A stretch of DNA of 64,000 nt, taken from assembly GCF_006345805.1 (NCBI RefSeq), contig NC_042998.1, forward strand, positions 25,916,001 through 25,980,000, written 5' to 3'. Under the pieces are notes generated by a model, which did not search any database, had not been told where the DNA came from, and was given only the letters and a program-made list of their open reading frames with translations. Each line of letters begins with the position of its first letter. The stretch's first letter is position 1. Of the stretch, positions 51,239 through 64,000 are shown piece after piece. The translations under genes were made by a program, and so were the position numbers. The stretch is from Octopus sinensis. Taxonomy: Eukaryota.

Positions 51239-52368
51239 TTGCCTATGATGTTTAGCAATGTTAAAAGTTTCTTAGTAATCAACTTATGAATGCCATCTGT
51301 TCTATTACCTTGGGCAGTTGTAAAAATATACCTTAATAATTATTACCTTTAACTTTCAAAATAATACTTTATTTTTTTGAGGTAGGCTCTATAGTAGAGA
51401 AGCAGTTTTGAAGAAGATTCAATGGTTCTGTACAAATTACTCTTGTTTCAATTTGCTAAGTAATGTAGGTTGTAACTCAGATTAATTTTGCTTTTAATTC
51501 AAAGACAGAGATGATTTTTGATGATCCACAATAACAGAGTTCCTCCCCAATGACAGAGCCTATAAGAGGTGGGTTCAGCCACTCTCTAAAATAAAAAAAA
51601 AACAAACCATAACTGTTAAGAGGATATCCTTCATTGGAACTAAAAGCAGTCTTGTTCTGCTTCACCAAATCTCTCTTGGGGACCCAACATAATGATGCTT
51701 ATATATGCAAGTAATGGCAAATTTCTTTCTTTGTTATTCAATTCTATTTCATTTTATGTCATCCTTTGCACAACACTATCATCATAGAATGTAGTTTCTT
51801 TTTCTTCATCTAATTTTGGTTTTCTTCTAATTTCTTTTTTCTGTCATCTCTTTGTTCTGTCAATTTCTGAATGTAAGCACAAATAAAAATGACAAGCAAA
51901 AATAATGTTAAAGCTAAAAGTTTGCAAAGATGCTGGATACACATAAGTAGTCAGTAGATTGTAGATGTTGGTTGAATGAGATTTATGTTTGCAATTTGGA
52001 AATTTTTTAATTAAAATATATAGGATTATGAGTGTTCTGCAATATTTTGAATTAGAACGAGATTTGGTGATCAGGTTGGCATCAGAATATATATATGTAT
52101 TTACCGTTCCATGCTTGCATGGCTCAGATATCCTTGTTTGATTTAATATTCACTTTTCCAAATATAGAGGGTGGTCCAAAAGTAGGGTTACAGTTATCAC
52201 GTAGCCACTTTAAATTTCTTTTAAAACATTTTATTACATTTAGATTTCTATCTTACAAACTGAAAAGGGAGCTTGATGAAATTAACTAAATTAGCATAGA
52301 ATAATGGTTTCATACTTTTTTATAATTAAGATCTAAACTGTTAATATATGAATGCAAAAGAGATAGGA

Positions 52369-52603
<235 letters not shown>

Positions 52604-53606
52604 CAACAAGCTTCTTTCAGTTTCTGTCTACCAAATCCATTTACCAGGCTTTAGCTCAAGACTGTAGTAGAAGAGATATGCCCAAGGAGTCATGTAGTGG
52701 GACTGAGCTCAGAATCGTGTGGTTGGTAAGCAAGGTTCTTACCACATAGCCATGCCTGCACCTTTTACTTCCTTTTTTTCTATAGCCTGGACAATAGGCC
52801 AATCTATAGCAAAATAAAAGAACAAATTGATCCACAGTTACAGCAAAAATAAAAGCACACAACACCATACATAATATGCAACAGGAACTAAATTCACCCT
52901 CATTATTATACCATTGAAAAATTCTTAAAACATAGCACAAAATGCATCACAAGAAAATAAAAACTAACAGAATATATTACATTAGCAACAAAACTATCTC
53001 ATTGACATGAAATCAAAAACTTGAAAACTACATATCATTCTCTGAACAACCAATTAATATACAAATTTCAGTGACAACATATACATAAACGATGTAATGT
53101 CATTACTCATACTATTATATTGGACACACAGTTATAACACTTCTGTTTTTTATTAGTTGATGGTGCATTTACAACAAGGAATTATTACAACACATTATAT
53201 AGAGTGCATGTAGAAAATAGATAAATGGGAAAACATTAGTTAATAGTACTGCCATCCGATTTACAATATCGCAGAGAAATGAAATGATTAACTATAAAGG
53301 ATTTACAAAGGCAAAATGCAAAGCAAAACATCAATAGATGAATATATCAAATGTGAAATAAATGATGAATATTACCTATACATAACTGTTAGACACTTTT
53401 ATATATGGTGATGTTTTTATTAGTAATAACTAAAGGATTACATTCCCATGATCCTTCGTTGCTTAGTACAAAATGCGGCAACAAAGTATCACTTGTATCA
53501 GTTTTAATGCATGTGTGTGTGTGTGTAGGAGGTTGAAAAGTAACACATGACAATACATGCATTGTCATTGTCTTTTGGGTAGTGCAATTGAGTTGGTTAA
53601 GCTCTG

Positions 53607-54815
53607 CTCATGTCCATTTCTTGATGGGTGAACTATAGTAGACTACAGTCCATATGTTGATGGGAGTAACAAGATTCATTGAGCTGAGTTTTGATTTCAA
53701 GAGAAATTTGAGGCACTTGAAATATGCAGTGATGACCTTGTCTTTCATTTCTCGGTGCAAGATATTGTCCAGTTCCACGATCCCAAGGTACTTGTACCTA
53801 TCATCATTATCTGGGTCTTCCATTCTTTCTCCGTTTGGCAATTCTGTGCCCCCTACAATCTGCTCCTTTCTCCCCTGTTCCAAAGCAAGCACACACTCTA
53901 AGATACCGAATTCCACCCCTATATCATTGCTTCACATCTGGACAGTCTCAACCAGCCTCTCCATTTCAGGATCTATTTTTGCAAACAGTTTTAAATATTT
54001 ATATATAAAAGTGAAGTTGTGTGTCTGTCTCCTATGATTTAGATGCCTAACTACTCCCACATTTTGCGGTGCAGTTTAACCAAAACCGGGTATCTTATAG
54101 TCGTGATTCATATCGAGCCCTTCTGGGTATTAGCGCGCGTCTACGATGAGTCTACATTTCTAAAAATAATTTACCATCATTTTTTTCCATTTTAATGCAT
54201 TTTTTTCGCTATTATATAAGGGAAGTAACTCTCTAAAAATGTCTACGATGAGTCAACGATTTTTAAAAAATTTACCATCATTTTTTTCCATTTTTAATGC
54301 ATTTTTTTGCTATTTTTTGGCTATAACTCTCCCAAAAAATTTTTTATATAGTTATTTCCCTTACAAACCCGAGCAATGCCGGGCGATACTGCTAGTCTTC
54401 CATAAAGAGAAGGTGGCTGAGATGAGCTCCATTCTTTCTCAGCTCATAGTAGGACTACAGAAAGTGGGATCAAGGCTATAACAAATAACAAAGGTGAACA
54501 AGAGTCTGCCTGGAAGATACCTCTTTTGATTGTTACCTTGAAACGGCGTGTTTTCCAACTGGCATACTGTTCTTAATCAGGGCACACATGTTCTCAGCTA
54601 TTCCACGCAAGTCAAGTGTTTCCAATATCCACAAATGCAGCAACATGTCATAAGCCTTTTTAAAGTCTATCCAGGCTATGCACAAGTTGTTTTGGTACTG
54701 TTTACAGTTCTTCATTACAATCTTGTCTATCACAAGGTGGTTCTTGGTGCCCTTGTATCTTTTATGGCTTCCCTTTTGTTCTACTGGAAGTAAATTGTTT
54801 TCTGCAAGAAACATA
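53607..54815 (-). mobile_element. R4/Dong-like LINE reverse transcriptase fragment split by a Helitron
   Basis: LLPVEQKG...AWIDFKKAYD (54533-54814) and EFGILEC...YKYLGI (53608-53916); removing 53996-54395 restores SHLLFMEDLKLFAK. Confidence 0.85.
53996..54395 (+). mobile_element. Non-autonomous Helitron-like element
   Basis: Inserted between A(53995) and T(54396) with no TSD; 3' CCCGAGCAATGCCGGGCGATACTGCTAG; internal tandem duplication of about 100 bp. Confidence 0.85.
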
Positions 54816-54882
54816 TATATCTATTCCTATTATTGTTGTTGTTGGTGGTGGTGGTGTTGTTATTATTATTATTATTATTATT

Positions 54883-55050
54883 CTATGTTTGACTTTTGCT
54901 TTATGTCTGTACAAGTTGGCTCCAAGACTCACCCAGAGACCTCAAGAGACAACAGGTTGGAAGTTCATGTTGTTGTTATGCCTAGTGTCCATATATTTGG
55001 GGGTTTTTTTTTGGTGTTGTACTAGTGAATGCCTAATACATAAATTTTTT
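54883..55050 (-). mobile_element. R4/Dong-like 3' UTR only (subfamily 2)
   Basis: Matches the 3' UTR of the 57607 and 58300 copies; flanked by (TTA)n. Confidence 0.8.
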
Positions 55051-55076
55051 TTTTAAATATTATTATTATTATTATG

Positions 55077-55112
<36 letters not shown>

Positions 55113-55118
55113 GTTATA

Positions 55119-55169
<51 letters not shown>

Positions 55170-55170
55170 G

Positions 55171-55545
55171 CCTTTGCACAGCTTCTAATCCTGGAGATGT
55201 ACTACAGTGTCAGCTGTTCACTACCAATGAACTAAGATAGCACCCCTTATTTTTCGAGCACCATCCAGAGTATTCAAGCAGTTCCAAGCATTGCTGTTTT
55301 CTGCAAGTGCTCCACCCTTATTGCAGTCCTTATTTGTTCCATGTACTTCTCGAGATTTTTACTCGCTGTTCCCAGGGCCCTGACAATTATTGTTACTACT
55401 ACCACCTTTTTCATCGACCACAACTGCTTAACTTCCCAAGCTAACCTGTCATATCTATCGACTTACCTTTCTTCCTTATTGCATACCTTGTTGTCAGCTG
55501 GGCATGCTATATCCGTGATCCAGTATAGTTTGCTTTCTTTCTCAA
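55171..55545 (-). mobile_element. R4/Dong-like LINE 3' end (subfamily 1)
   Basis: Minus translation ITDIACPADNKV...LAWEVKQLWSMKKVVVV...HLQKTAMLGTA; (AAT)n tail. Confidence 0.85.
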
Positions 55546-55560
55546 TATCATCATCATTAC

Positions 55561-55602
<42 letters not shown>

Positions 55603-57072
55603 CATCATCATCATCATCATCATCATCAACATTATCACTATATATATATATATATACATTTGTGCACCATGTTGAGCAATAAATATTTTCATATAATTTC
55701 CAGCTGTAATAATGTTATCAGCTGTTACTTCTATTAGTTAAGTACACATAACCCTAAATTTGATACTGTTGACTTGACAGTATAAAGTGAATTAAGATGA
55801 TGATGACAATGATGACAACAATGATGATGATGATGATGATGATGATGGTGATGATGATAATGATGGTATCGGATTTCAGGATATTGATTTATCAGATGGT
55901 ACTATTGATGTTTTAGACTTTACTTTGAATCAGATATTTAGCAACTTTATAGTTGGGTACTTTACACATTACAATAATATTTTGTTGTTACTATCTACTG
56001 AAAATAATTCAAAATAAAGTCAGATGATTTTCTGTGAGATAAAATGTACTGGAAAATGAATTAACAGAGTTCAGTTTAACTTATAAAGAGAATGCAATGA
56101 AAGATTTTCTTTCTTTTTTTTTTTTTGCTATCATTTTAAAATTCCTAATCGTTTTCATCAAAAGAAAAAAAAATGTTTTTAAATATCAAATAAAATCAAG
56201 GCTGAACTTTAAATACTGTTAAATCTTTAATTTAGAAATAAGTCAATTCTCTAAAGAAGTGACTTGATATAAATGATCGAAATAAGAGCAAAGATATTTT
56301 TATATTCTCTAACTGGCTGCATTTATAGGTCTGCTGTGAAGCTGAGGTACCACCTTCAATGGTTGAGGAGATTATATTGACCCCAGGACTTGTCTTACAG
56401 GCTGGTACTATTTTATCAAAACCAATTTGTCAAACTGCTAAAACATCATGCTTAACGATGATGAAAAATAAGTCAATATGTCAATAAGTCAATAGGCGCA
56501 AGAGTGGCTGTGTGGTAAGTAGCTTGTTTACCAACCACATGGTTCAGTCCTACTGCGTGGCACCTTGGGCAAGTGTCTTCTACTATAGCCTTGGGCTGAC
56601 CAAAGCCTTGTGAGTGGATTTGTTAGACGGAAACTGAAAAGAAGCCCGTTGTATATATGTGTATATATATATATATATATGCGTGTGTGTGCTTGTGTGT
56701 CTGTGTTTGTCCCCCTAGCATTGCTTGACAACCGATGCTGGTGTGTTTATGTCCCCGTTACTTAACGGTTTGGCAAAAGAGACCGATAGAATAAGTACTG
56801 GGCTTACAAAAAGAATAAGTCCCGGGGTCGAGTTGCTCGATTAATGGCAGTGCTCCAGCATGGCCGCAGTCAAATGACTGAAACAAGTAAAAGAGTAAAA
56901 GAGTAAAGAGTATGTTGCTTTAACCGATTCTACTTGAAGTCATTGAGTTTAAAGATGTAAGAAATATCATTGAGCCTATTGCTTTAATCAATGCTATATG
57001 AATTCAGCAGAGATGAATCATTTAGACATCACTGACATAAAATACCCCAAAAGTAAACATTTATAAGATCAT

Positions 57073-57105
<33 letters not shown>

Positions 57106-57434
57106 TTAACATCCGTTTTCCATTCTGGCATGGGTTGGATGGTTTAACAGAAGTTAACAAGTCAGAAGATTGCACCAGGCTCCAGTCTGATTTGACATGG
57201 TTTCTACAGATGGATATCCCTTCCTAATGCCAACTACCTTACAGAGTGTGCTGGGTGCTTTTTATGTGGCACCAGTACCCACAAGCTTGCATGGCAAGGA
57301 ACTCTCAGTTGAGAGAGGGAGCAGAACCAAGAGATTAGAATAAGACAGAGGGACAGAGATGGCCTTCTTATTATTGAGAAAATACTTGGCTACTTCAGTA
57401 GAAAAGGAAAAAGAAGAAAGGTGGAGAAAGTTAG

Positions 57435-57467
<33 letters not shown>

Positions 57468-57510
57468 AACAGAGACAGAGACAGTCGGAGTGAAAGAGCA
57501 GCCCATGTAA

Positions 57511-57606
<96 letters not shown>

Positions 57607-57607
<1 letters not shown>

Positions 57608-58234
57608 TATGTTTGACTTTTGCTTTATGTCTGTACAAGTTGGCTCCAAGTCTCACCCAGAGACCTCAAGAGACAACAGGTTGGAAGTTCACGTTGTTTT
57701 TATGCCTAGTGTGCCATATATTTGGGGTTTTTTGTGTTGTACTAGTGAATGTCTAATACATAAATTAAAAAAAAAAAGTTTGTTTTAAACCTTGGGATTA
57801 CATAGAGAGTATTTTGCATAGGATATGAGCAGTTCCCATGAGCACTATCTTTTGAATTTCTGCCATTTTGGGGTTTCCTGGTATCTGAGTTAGGTAGCAA
57901 TCAGCCCCTTTTGCTATCATTCCCAGGGCACCTATGACAACAGGTATTGTTTTAGTCTTCAGGTTCCACATTTTGCTGATTTCTATTTCAAGATCTTTAT
58001 ATTTGCTCAGTTTTTGGTAGGTCTTGACAGATACGTTTATATCGATTGGGACAGTCATATCAATGAGGAGGCATGTTCTTTGTCTGAAGTCTTTCAATAT
58101 GATGTCTGGCCTATTTGCATCTATCTTTCTGTCAGTTTGAATGGTGAAGTTCCAGAGGAGTGAGATGTGGTCATTTTCAAGCACTGGCGGTGGATTGTGT
58201 TCCCACCAGTCTTTTTTCATGGGGCAAATCCAGG
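57607..58234 (-). mobile_element. R4/Dong-like LINE 3' end with restriction-like endonuclease domain (subfamily 2), copy 1
   Basis: WWEH...LLWNFTIQTDRKIDANRPDIILKD...LLIDMTVP...KLSKYKDL...IPVVIGALG is a PD-(D/E)xK-type RLE region; 3' UTR and (AAT)n tail. Confidence 0.9.
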
Positions 58235-58299
58235 TTATTATCATTATTATTATTATTATATTATTATTATTATTTATTATTATTATTATTATTATTATT

Positions 58300-58928
58300 C
58301 TATGTTTGACTTTTGCTTTATGTCTGTACAAGTTGGCTCCAAGTCTCACCCAGAGACCTCAAGAGACAACAGGTTGGAAGTTCACGTTGTTTTTATGCCT
58401 AGTGTGCCATATATTTGGGGTTTTTTGTGTTGTACTAGTGAATGTCTAATACATAAATTAAAAAAAAAAAAGTTTGTTTTAAACCTTGGGATTACATAGA
58501 GAGTATTTTGCATAGGATATGAGCAGTTCCCATGAGCACTATCTTTTGAATTTCTGCCATTTTGGGGTTTCCTGGTATCTGAGTTAGGTAGCTATCAGCC
58601 CCTTTCGCTATCATTCCCAGGGCACCTATGACAACAGGTATTGTTTTAGTCTTCAGGTTCCACATTTTGCTGATTTCTATTTCAAGATCTTTATATTTGC
58701 TCAGTTTTTGGTAGGTCTTGACAGATACGTTTATATCGATTGGGACAGTCATATCAATGAGGAGGCATGTTCTTTGTCTGAAGTCTTTCAATATGATGTC
58801 TGGCCTATTTGCATCTATCTTTCTGTCAGTTTGAATGGTGAAGTTCCAGAGGAGTGAGATGTGGTCATTTTCAAGCACTGGCGGTGGATTGTGTTCCCAC
58901 CAGTCTTTTTTCATGGGGCAAATCCAGG
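58300..58928 (-). mobile_element. R4/Dong-like LINE 3' end, copy 2 (tandem, near-identical)
   Basis: Same 5' truncation point and same translation except Cys/Ser. Confidence 0.9.
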
Positions 58929-58945
58929 TTATTATCATTATTATA

Positions 58946-59003
<58 letters not shown>

Positions 59004-59836
59004 CTATACAGAAATATAGCAGGCAAAAATTAGTAATACTTATATGTCAAAGGACTGGCCTTGTCATATTCTGTGTCATGCTGAATCTCTCTGGGAACTA
59101 TGTTAGAGGTCCATGTGTCTGTGACTGCTCAGCCACTTGCACACTGATTTTACAAACAGTCTGTTCCATTGATCAGACCAACTGGAACTCCAATTGTCAT
59201 AACCGATGGAGTGTCTGGCAGTCAGTAAACTGAATCAGCTTCAGTATACATTTGAAGGCTGAAATGGCTGGACTAGAACACAGAATGCAGAAAAGAAAAC
59301 TTAATACCATTATAATTACTCTATTTTCTTTGCCACCTTTTGAAATATCGATATTAAACCTATTTAAAGCATCTATCTATTAGGTAGGTACAATATTGAC
59401 ATTCCAAAAATATTACTTTCAAAAAAAGAAATTAAATTTTTTGTTATTTTTATTTTTATTTCTTCTTGATTTTCAATTAATCTAAACCATATTTTGTTTT
59501 CAAATAAAATATACAAGAGAAAAATATATATTGGTAAATGTATGGAACTGTGATGTGTATCTATGCATTAGGTACATTATTTTACTTATGCCAAGCTGGA
59601 AATAGGTACTTCTGCCACATGAATCACTGAGTTACTCTTTTACTCTTTTACTTGTTTCAATCGTTTGACTGTGGCCATGCTGGAGCACTGCCTTTAGTCG
59701 AGCAAATCGATCCCAGGACTTATTCTTTGTAATCCTAGTACTTATTTTGCCGAACCGCTAAATTACGGGGACGTAAACACACCAGCATCAGTTGTCAAGC
59801 AAGGTTGGGGGGACAAACACAGACACACATACATAC

Positions 59837-59888
<52 letters not shown>

Positions 59889-61281
59889 ACAAAGTGTACG
59901 TATGCCGTTTGCGTTCTTGTCCCATTTTGTATTTTACAGAATTCTTTCAGTTTACGTCTACCAAATCTACTCACAAGGCTTTGGTTGGCCCAAGGCTATA
60001 GTAGAAGACACTTGCCCAAGGTGCCATGCAGTGGGACTGAACCTGGAACCATGTGGTTGGTAAGCAAGCTACTTACCACACAGCCACTCCTACGCCTCAT
60101 AATGAACTGTACAGAAAGGAGCAACTCAGTTGGGAAGAATATTCAGGTGTAAATTAATTTCTTCAACAATTTGTACAAAAGCTAAAATATGTAGGACAAT
60201 GAAGTTGATATCAGTTGGGAAAATTTGATGTAAATATGTGAAAAGTCCATCTTATATCTGAAGAATTCTGAAAGCAAAGGTCATTCTTTATAAAGTAAAC
60301 AGATTTTTTTTTAATAGATAAAAGAAGAATCTCTTCTCATTAGGATTATTTTTGGTCTATTATCGTCAAAAGTGAACCTTACAAGCTTTTAGCTTCCCAC
60401 TTTTTTCCATTCTCCTCTCTCCACATGCTTGGTGCAAAAGAGAAAAGAAGTTATAGAGGTACATTAATTTATCATAGATAATAGATTTGCTGTAGCAGTT
60501 GGGAAATGGTAGGGAAAAAGTTTAAGCTTTCATCAAAGAGAAATGCAATATATTATTACTTTAATAGATGTAGTCAAAGAGAGAGAGAGAGAGGAGGAGG
60601 AGGAAAGAAGAATGGAAGAAGCAAAAAAAAAAAATTGAGTGAGAGGTGAAATAAAAGATATGAAGAAAAAGATGTCAGGCATGCAAATAGAAATAGCAAA
60701 ATAAAGCAATAAAAAAGTAAAATATTTCCAGGTTTTAATAATTTCGAATTTGTATAAAAAATGTAATATAAACTGTATGACTTGCAGACATTGTAACTTT
60801 GCTATGTATCTCTTGAATACTAACAACAATGTCCATTAGTAATGAAGCTATGCACTTGTGTTGATGTTAATAATACTATTGGTTTAATCGTAACTGGTCT
60901 TTCATTTTAAAATTGATTTGCTATTCACTATATGTTGGAAATACGTTTCTTCTTGATATTTATTTTGTGGCATTTGTTATTACATTGCGTGCAGAAGCCT
61001 TGGAAACAGAAATTTCTCTGTAAGAAATGGTAATTTGAAGCCACAGAGCATGTGTCATTTTACAAGAATGCATTTAAGTATATGCAGCCTGTACACACGC
61101 TAATGTAATAACCTTCTCATACTGATAGATTTAGGTGTACTTACATGCATATACATATGTAAACTATTACACTTATAGAAATATACAGGTAAGCACTTAG
61201 GTTCAGATTTATATGAAGAAATTCATTTGCATATCATGACATATAAGAACTTGTGAAGTAAAACAAAAAAAGAAAAGCAGT

Positions 61282-62031
61282 AACAAGAGCACTCAGAGAG
61301 TGCAAACCTCCACCAAGGCAACACCAACGTCCTCTCAACGATTAGCCTCAGGTGATTTTTAAAACGAGAATATCTGAAATAAACTTGACTTCTCTCACAA
61401 ATGAGAATACTAAAAATGAACCAGACCGCTCTCAAAAATTAATTTTAAAAAAACAGGAAAATTAATCCAGAATCCTTGTCTGGTACCGGATCAATCCCAA
61501 AATCTAATCAGTTTGTGCCAGTCATGAGGTCAAATTTCTCTGACAGTTTCATCTGAATCCATCCAACAGTTCTTGAGATATCTTGTCCATGGACAAACAA
61601 ACAAACATGACTGAAAATAATGCCTCCACCTTTGCTGAAGCAGAAGTAATAATAATAATAACAAGAGTATTCAGAGAGTGCAAACCTTCATCAAGGCAAC
61701 ACCAACATCCTCTCAACGATTAGCCAGAGGTGATTTTTAGAATGAGAATATCTGAAATAAACTTGACTGCTCTCACAAATGAGAATACTAAAAATGAACC
61801 CAACTGCTCTCAAAAATTAAATGAAAAAAAAAAACAGGAAAATTAATCCAGAATCCTTGTCCAGTACCAGATTGATCCCACAATCAGATAAGTTTGTGCC
61901 AGTTACAAGGCCAGGCATCTCTGAAAGTTTCATCCAAATCCATTCAGTGGCTCTTAAGATATTTTGTCCACGGACAAACAAACAAACACAACTGAAAACA
62001 ATACCTCCGCCTTTGCTAAGGCAGAGGTAAT
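61282..62031 (-). mobile_element. Tandem pair of Helentron-associated (HINE/DINE-1-like) non-autonomous elements
   Basis: Units 61282-61650 and 61660-62031; minus strand starts ATTACCTCTGCCTTAGCAAAGGCGGAGGT (hairpin), then TTTG microsatellite, and ends GCCTTGGTGGAGGTTTGCACTCTCTGAGTGCTCTTGTT (subterminal IR plus hairpin). Confidence 0.7.
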
Positions 62032-62399
62032 AACATAAATGCGTTAAGCTTAGGGACCAGAGTGTTTCCATAGCTTGTGTAGATCTGTTCTCTTGAAAAT
62101 TTCTTTTGGAATCAGAAGGAAATCAATTAGTGTTTGAAAAGATGGAAGTTAATGATTGATAACACATTACCAAATAGTATACTCTTTACTCTTTACTCTT
62201 TTACTTTCTGACTGAAATGGTATGATGGAAACAAACCTACACTTATAATGGACATAAAACAATAATCCTTTCTATTAAAGGCACAAGGCCAGAAATTTTG
62301 GGAGAGGGGACTAGTCAATTACATCAACCCCAGGCAAAGTTGACCTCGACAGAATTTGAACTCAGAATGTAGTGAAGGGCGAAATACCACCAAGCAGGT

Positions 62400-62410
62400 A
62401 GTGTTGGTGG

Positions 62411-62473
<63 letters not shown>

Positions 62474-62474
62474 C

Positions 62475-62505
<31 letters not shown>

Positions 62506-62518
62506 GTGATGATGATGG
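62400..62518. repeat. (GAT)n microsatellite
   Basis: Direct reading; explains the poly-Met and poly-Ile pseudo-ORFs. Confidence 0.95.
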
Positions 62519-64000
62519 GGTTCATGCTGTGTGCCTCTCTAAGGCCAACTCTTAACTTTATGTAGACATATTGTGTGACCTACACTAACAATAAAAAAGC
62601 ATGCAACTACAAAGTATAAATCTATTATTTTGTAAGAATCGAAATGCTTATGTACGTCTTTTGTGTTTGATGAATATTTTTATGCATATTACAAAATATT
62701 AAACTAAAGAATACTACTTGGCTCTCTTAATACAGTATGTATATAATGCATGTGTGTATACCTATATAGATACATACACACACACAAACACGCAAACACA
62801 CACACATTTACATACATACATACATACATATATACATACATACATACATACATACATACAAGCATGTATACACATATATAAAATGTATGTACATGCGTGT
62901 ATAAGCAATAATTTTGCTGTAATATTCTGCAGATAAATACCAGCCACCAAACTAATCAAACTACCAATTTTGATTCTTTAGAACCAAACCAACAAATACC
63001 TTCATCGGAATGCAGGAAATGAATATCTTCAGAGATCTGAGCCATAAGCTTGTGTATTATTCTTAAAGATGTAGCTAAAACTAAAATAAACCAGACAATA
63101 AATAAAAGTAATCCTGGCAGACTCTGGTCGACTAATAAGCAGAAAGATTTCGATATGTGAGGAAACATTGTAAACCAAATCGATAGCAGTCAACTTTAAG
63201 AAATTACTCTTCGTATTATTTTCATCTAATATTGCATCTCCACAGAATATTAAATTGAATGACAAAGTCCATGAAAATAATATTTGATTAATATATCTTC
63301 TATAATTCATATTAGACAGCTCACCAAACAAACTGGGTTTAAGTTATTTCATATAAGTAGAAAATTTACTTGCTTTTTATTACCACTCAGACCTATCTTT
63401 TCTCAAAACATGTTTCATAAATAGAAAATGCAATGATATGAGATGTAGATAATATAGACATAATTTTACATCAGAATATTTATAGCATATCTAATTAGTA
63501 TTTCAGAGTTGTAATTCTTTTTACAAGTGACTTTATCTAAGACTGTGTGCTAAAATTGAAGCATTTACATCATGAAATACTCGTTTTTAGACATAAAAAA
63601 ACAGTAATTGTTGCATTTACGTTTTATTTATTCATTTATTGTGCTGTGTACTGGGAAGTGTCAAAAGGAACTTTTGCACATCTGTGACCTGGTCATTGAT
63701 TAAATTTCACTGCATATCTTGAGAATCAGTGGAAATGTATCAGAAATAAAGTTGTAGAAGTTGCAAAGAAACTTTCTGACAACTTGTAATAAACAGTATT
63801 ATTAAGTTTCGGTTTTGGATTTGGTTTGCAAGATTCTTTATATGAGTTCGTGTGCTAAAGCATATTCTGTTGTATCTGGGGAGAGCCATTTTCTTTTTGT
63901 GCCTTATAATGTAACACACTCACCGGTAAAATTTCCACTTATTTCTTATTTTTATTTTCCTAAAATTTTCATTGCGTCTTGACTCAACCTTTTCAATAGT

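Overview
Eukaryotic, AT-rich, repeat-saturated animal genomic DNA. The SINE families, microsatellite load and transposon mix look like an octopus (Octopodidae); this is recognition of style, not a database match. There is no complete protein-coding gene, rRNA, intact tRNA gene or CRISPR array, and most ORFs in the supplied track are translated microsatellites. Contents: (i) several tRNA-derived SINE families in many copies, often nested; (ii) decayed mariner and DD37D (maT) transposons, hAT-like and piggyBac-like (TTAA) MITEs; (iii) non-autonomous Helitron and Helentron/HINE-like elements; (iv) R4/Dong-like (restriction-like endonuclease) and RTE-like LINE fragments, the former stacked in (TAA)n tracts; (v) long microsatellites. 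The best non-obvious find is a complete type I hammerhead ribozyme fold on the minus strand at 37221-37295, heading an AT-rich insert (Penelope-like terminus or retrozyme candidate). Also notable: a trimeric TTAA-MITE with a conserved 12-bp linker present twice, a palindrome built on a tRNA-Thr-like head, a headless SINE concatemer with GGTAT junctions, and a near-identical tandem pair of Dong-like 3' ends. A few splice-signal-bounded short open segments may be exons of a host gene, but I could not identify it. Repeat boundaries are approximate unless a TSD or TIR is quoted.
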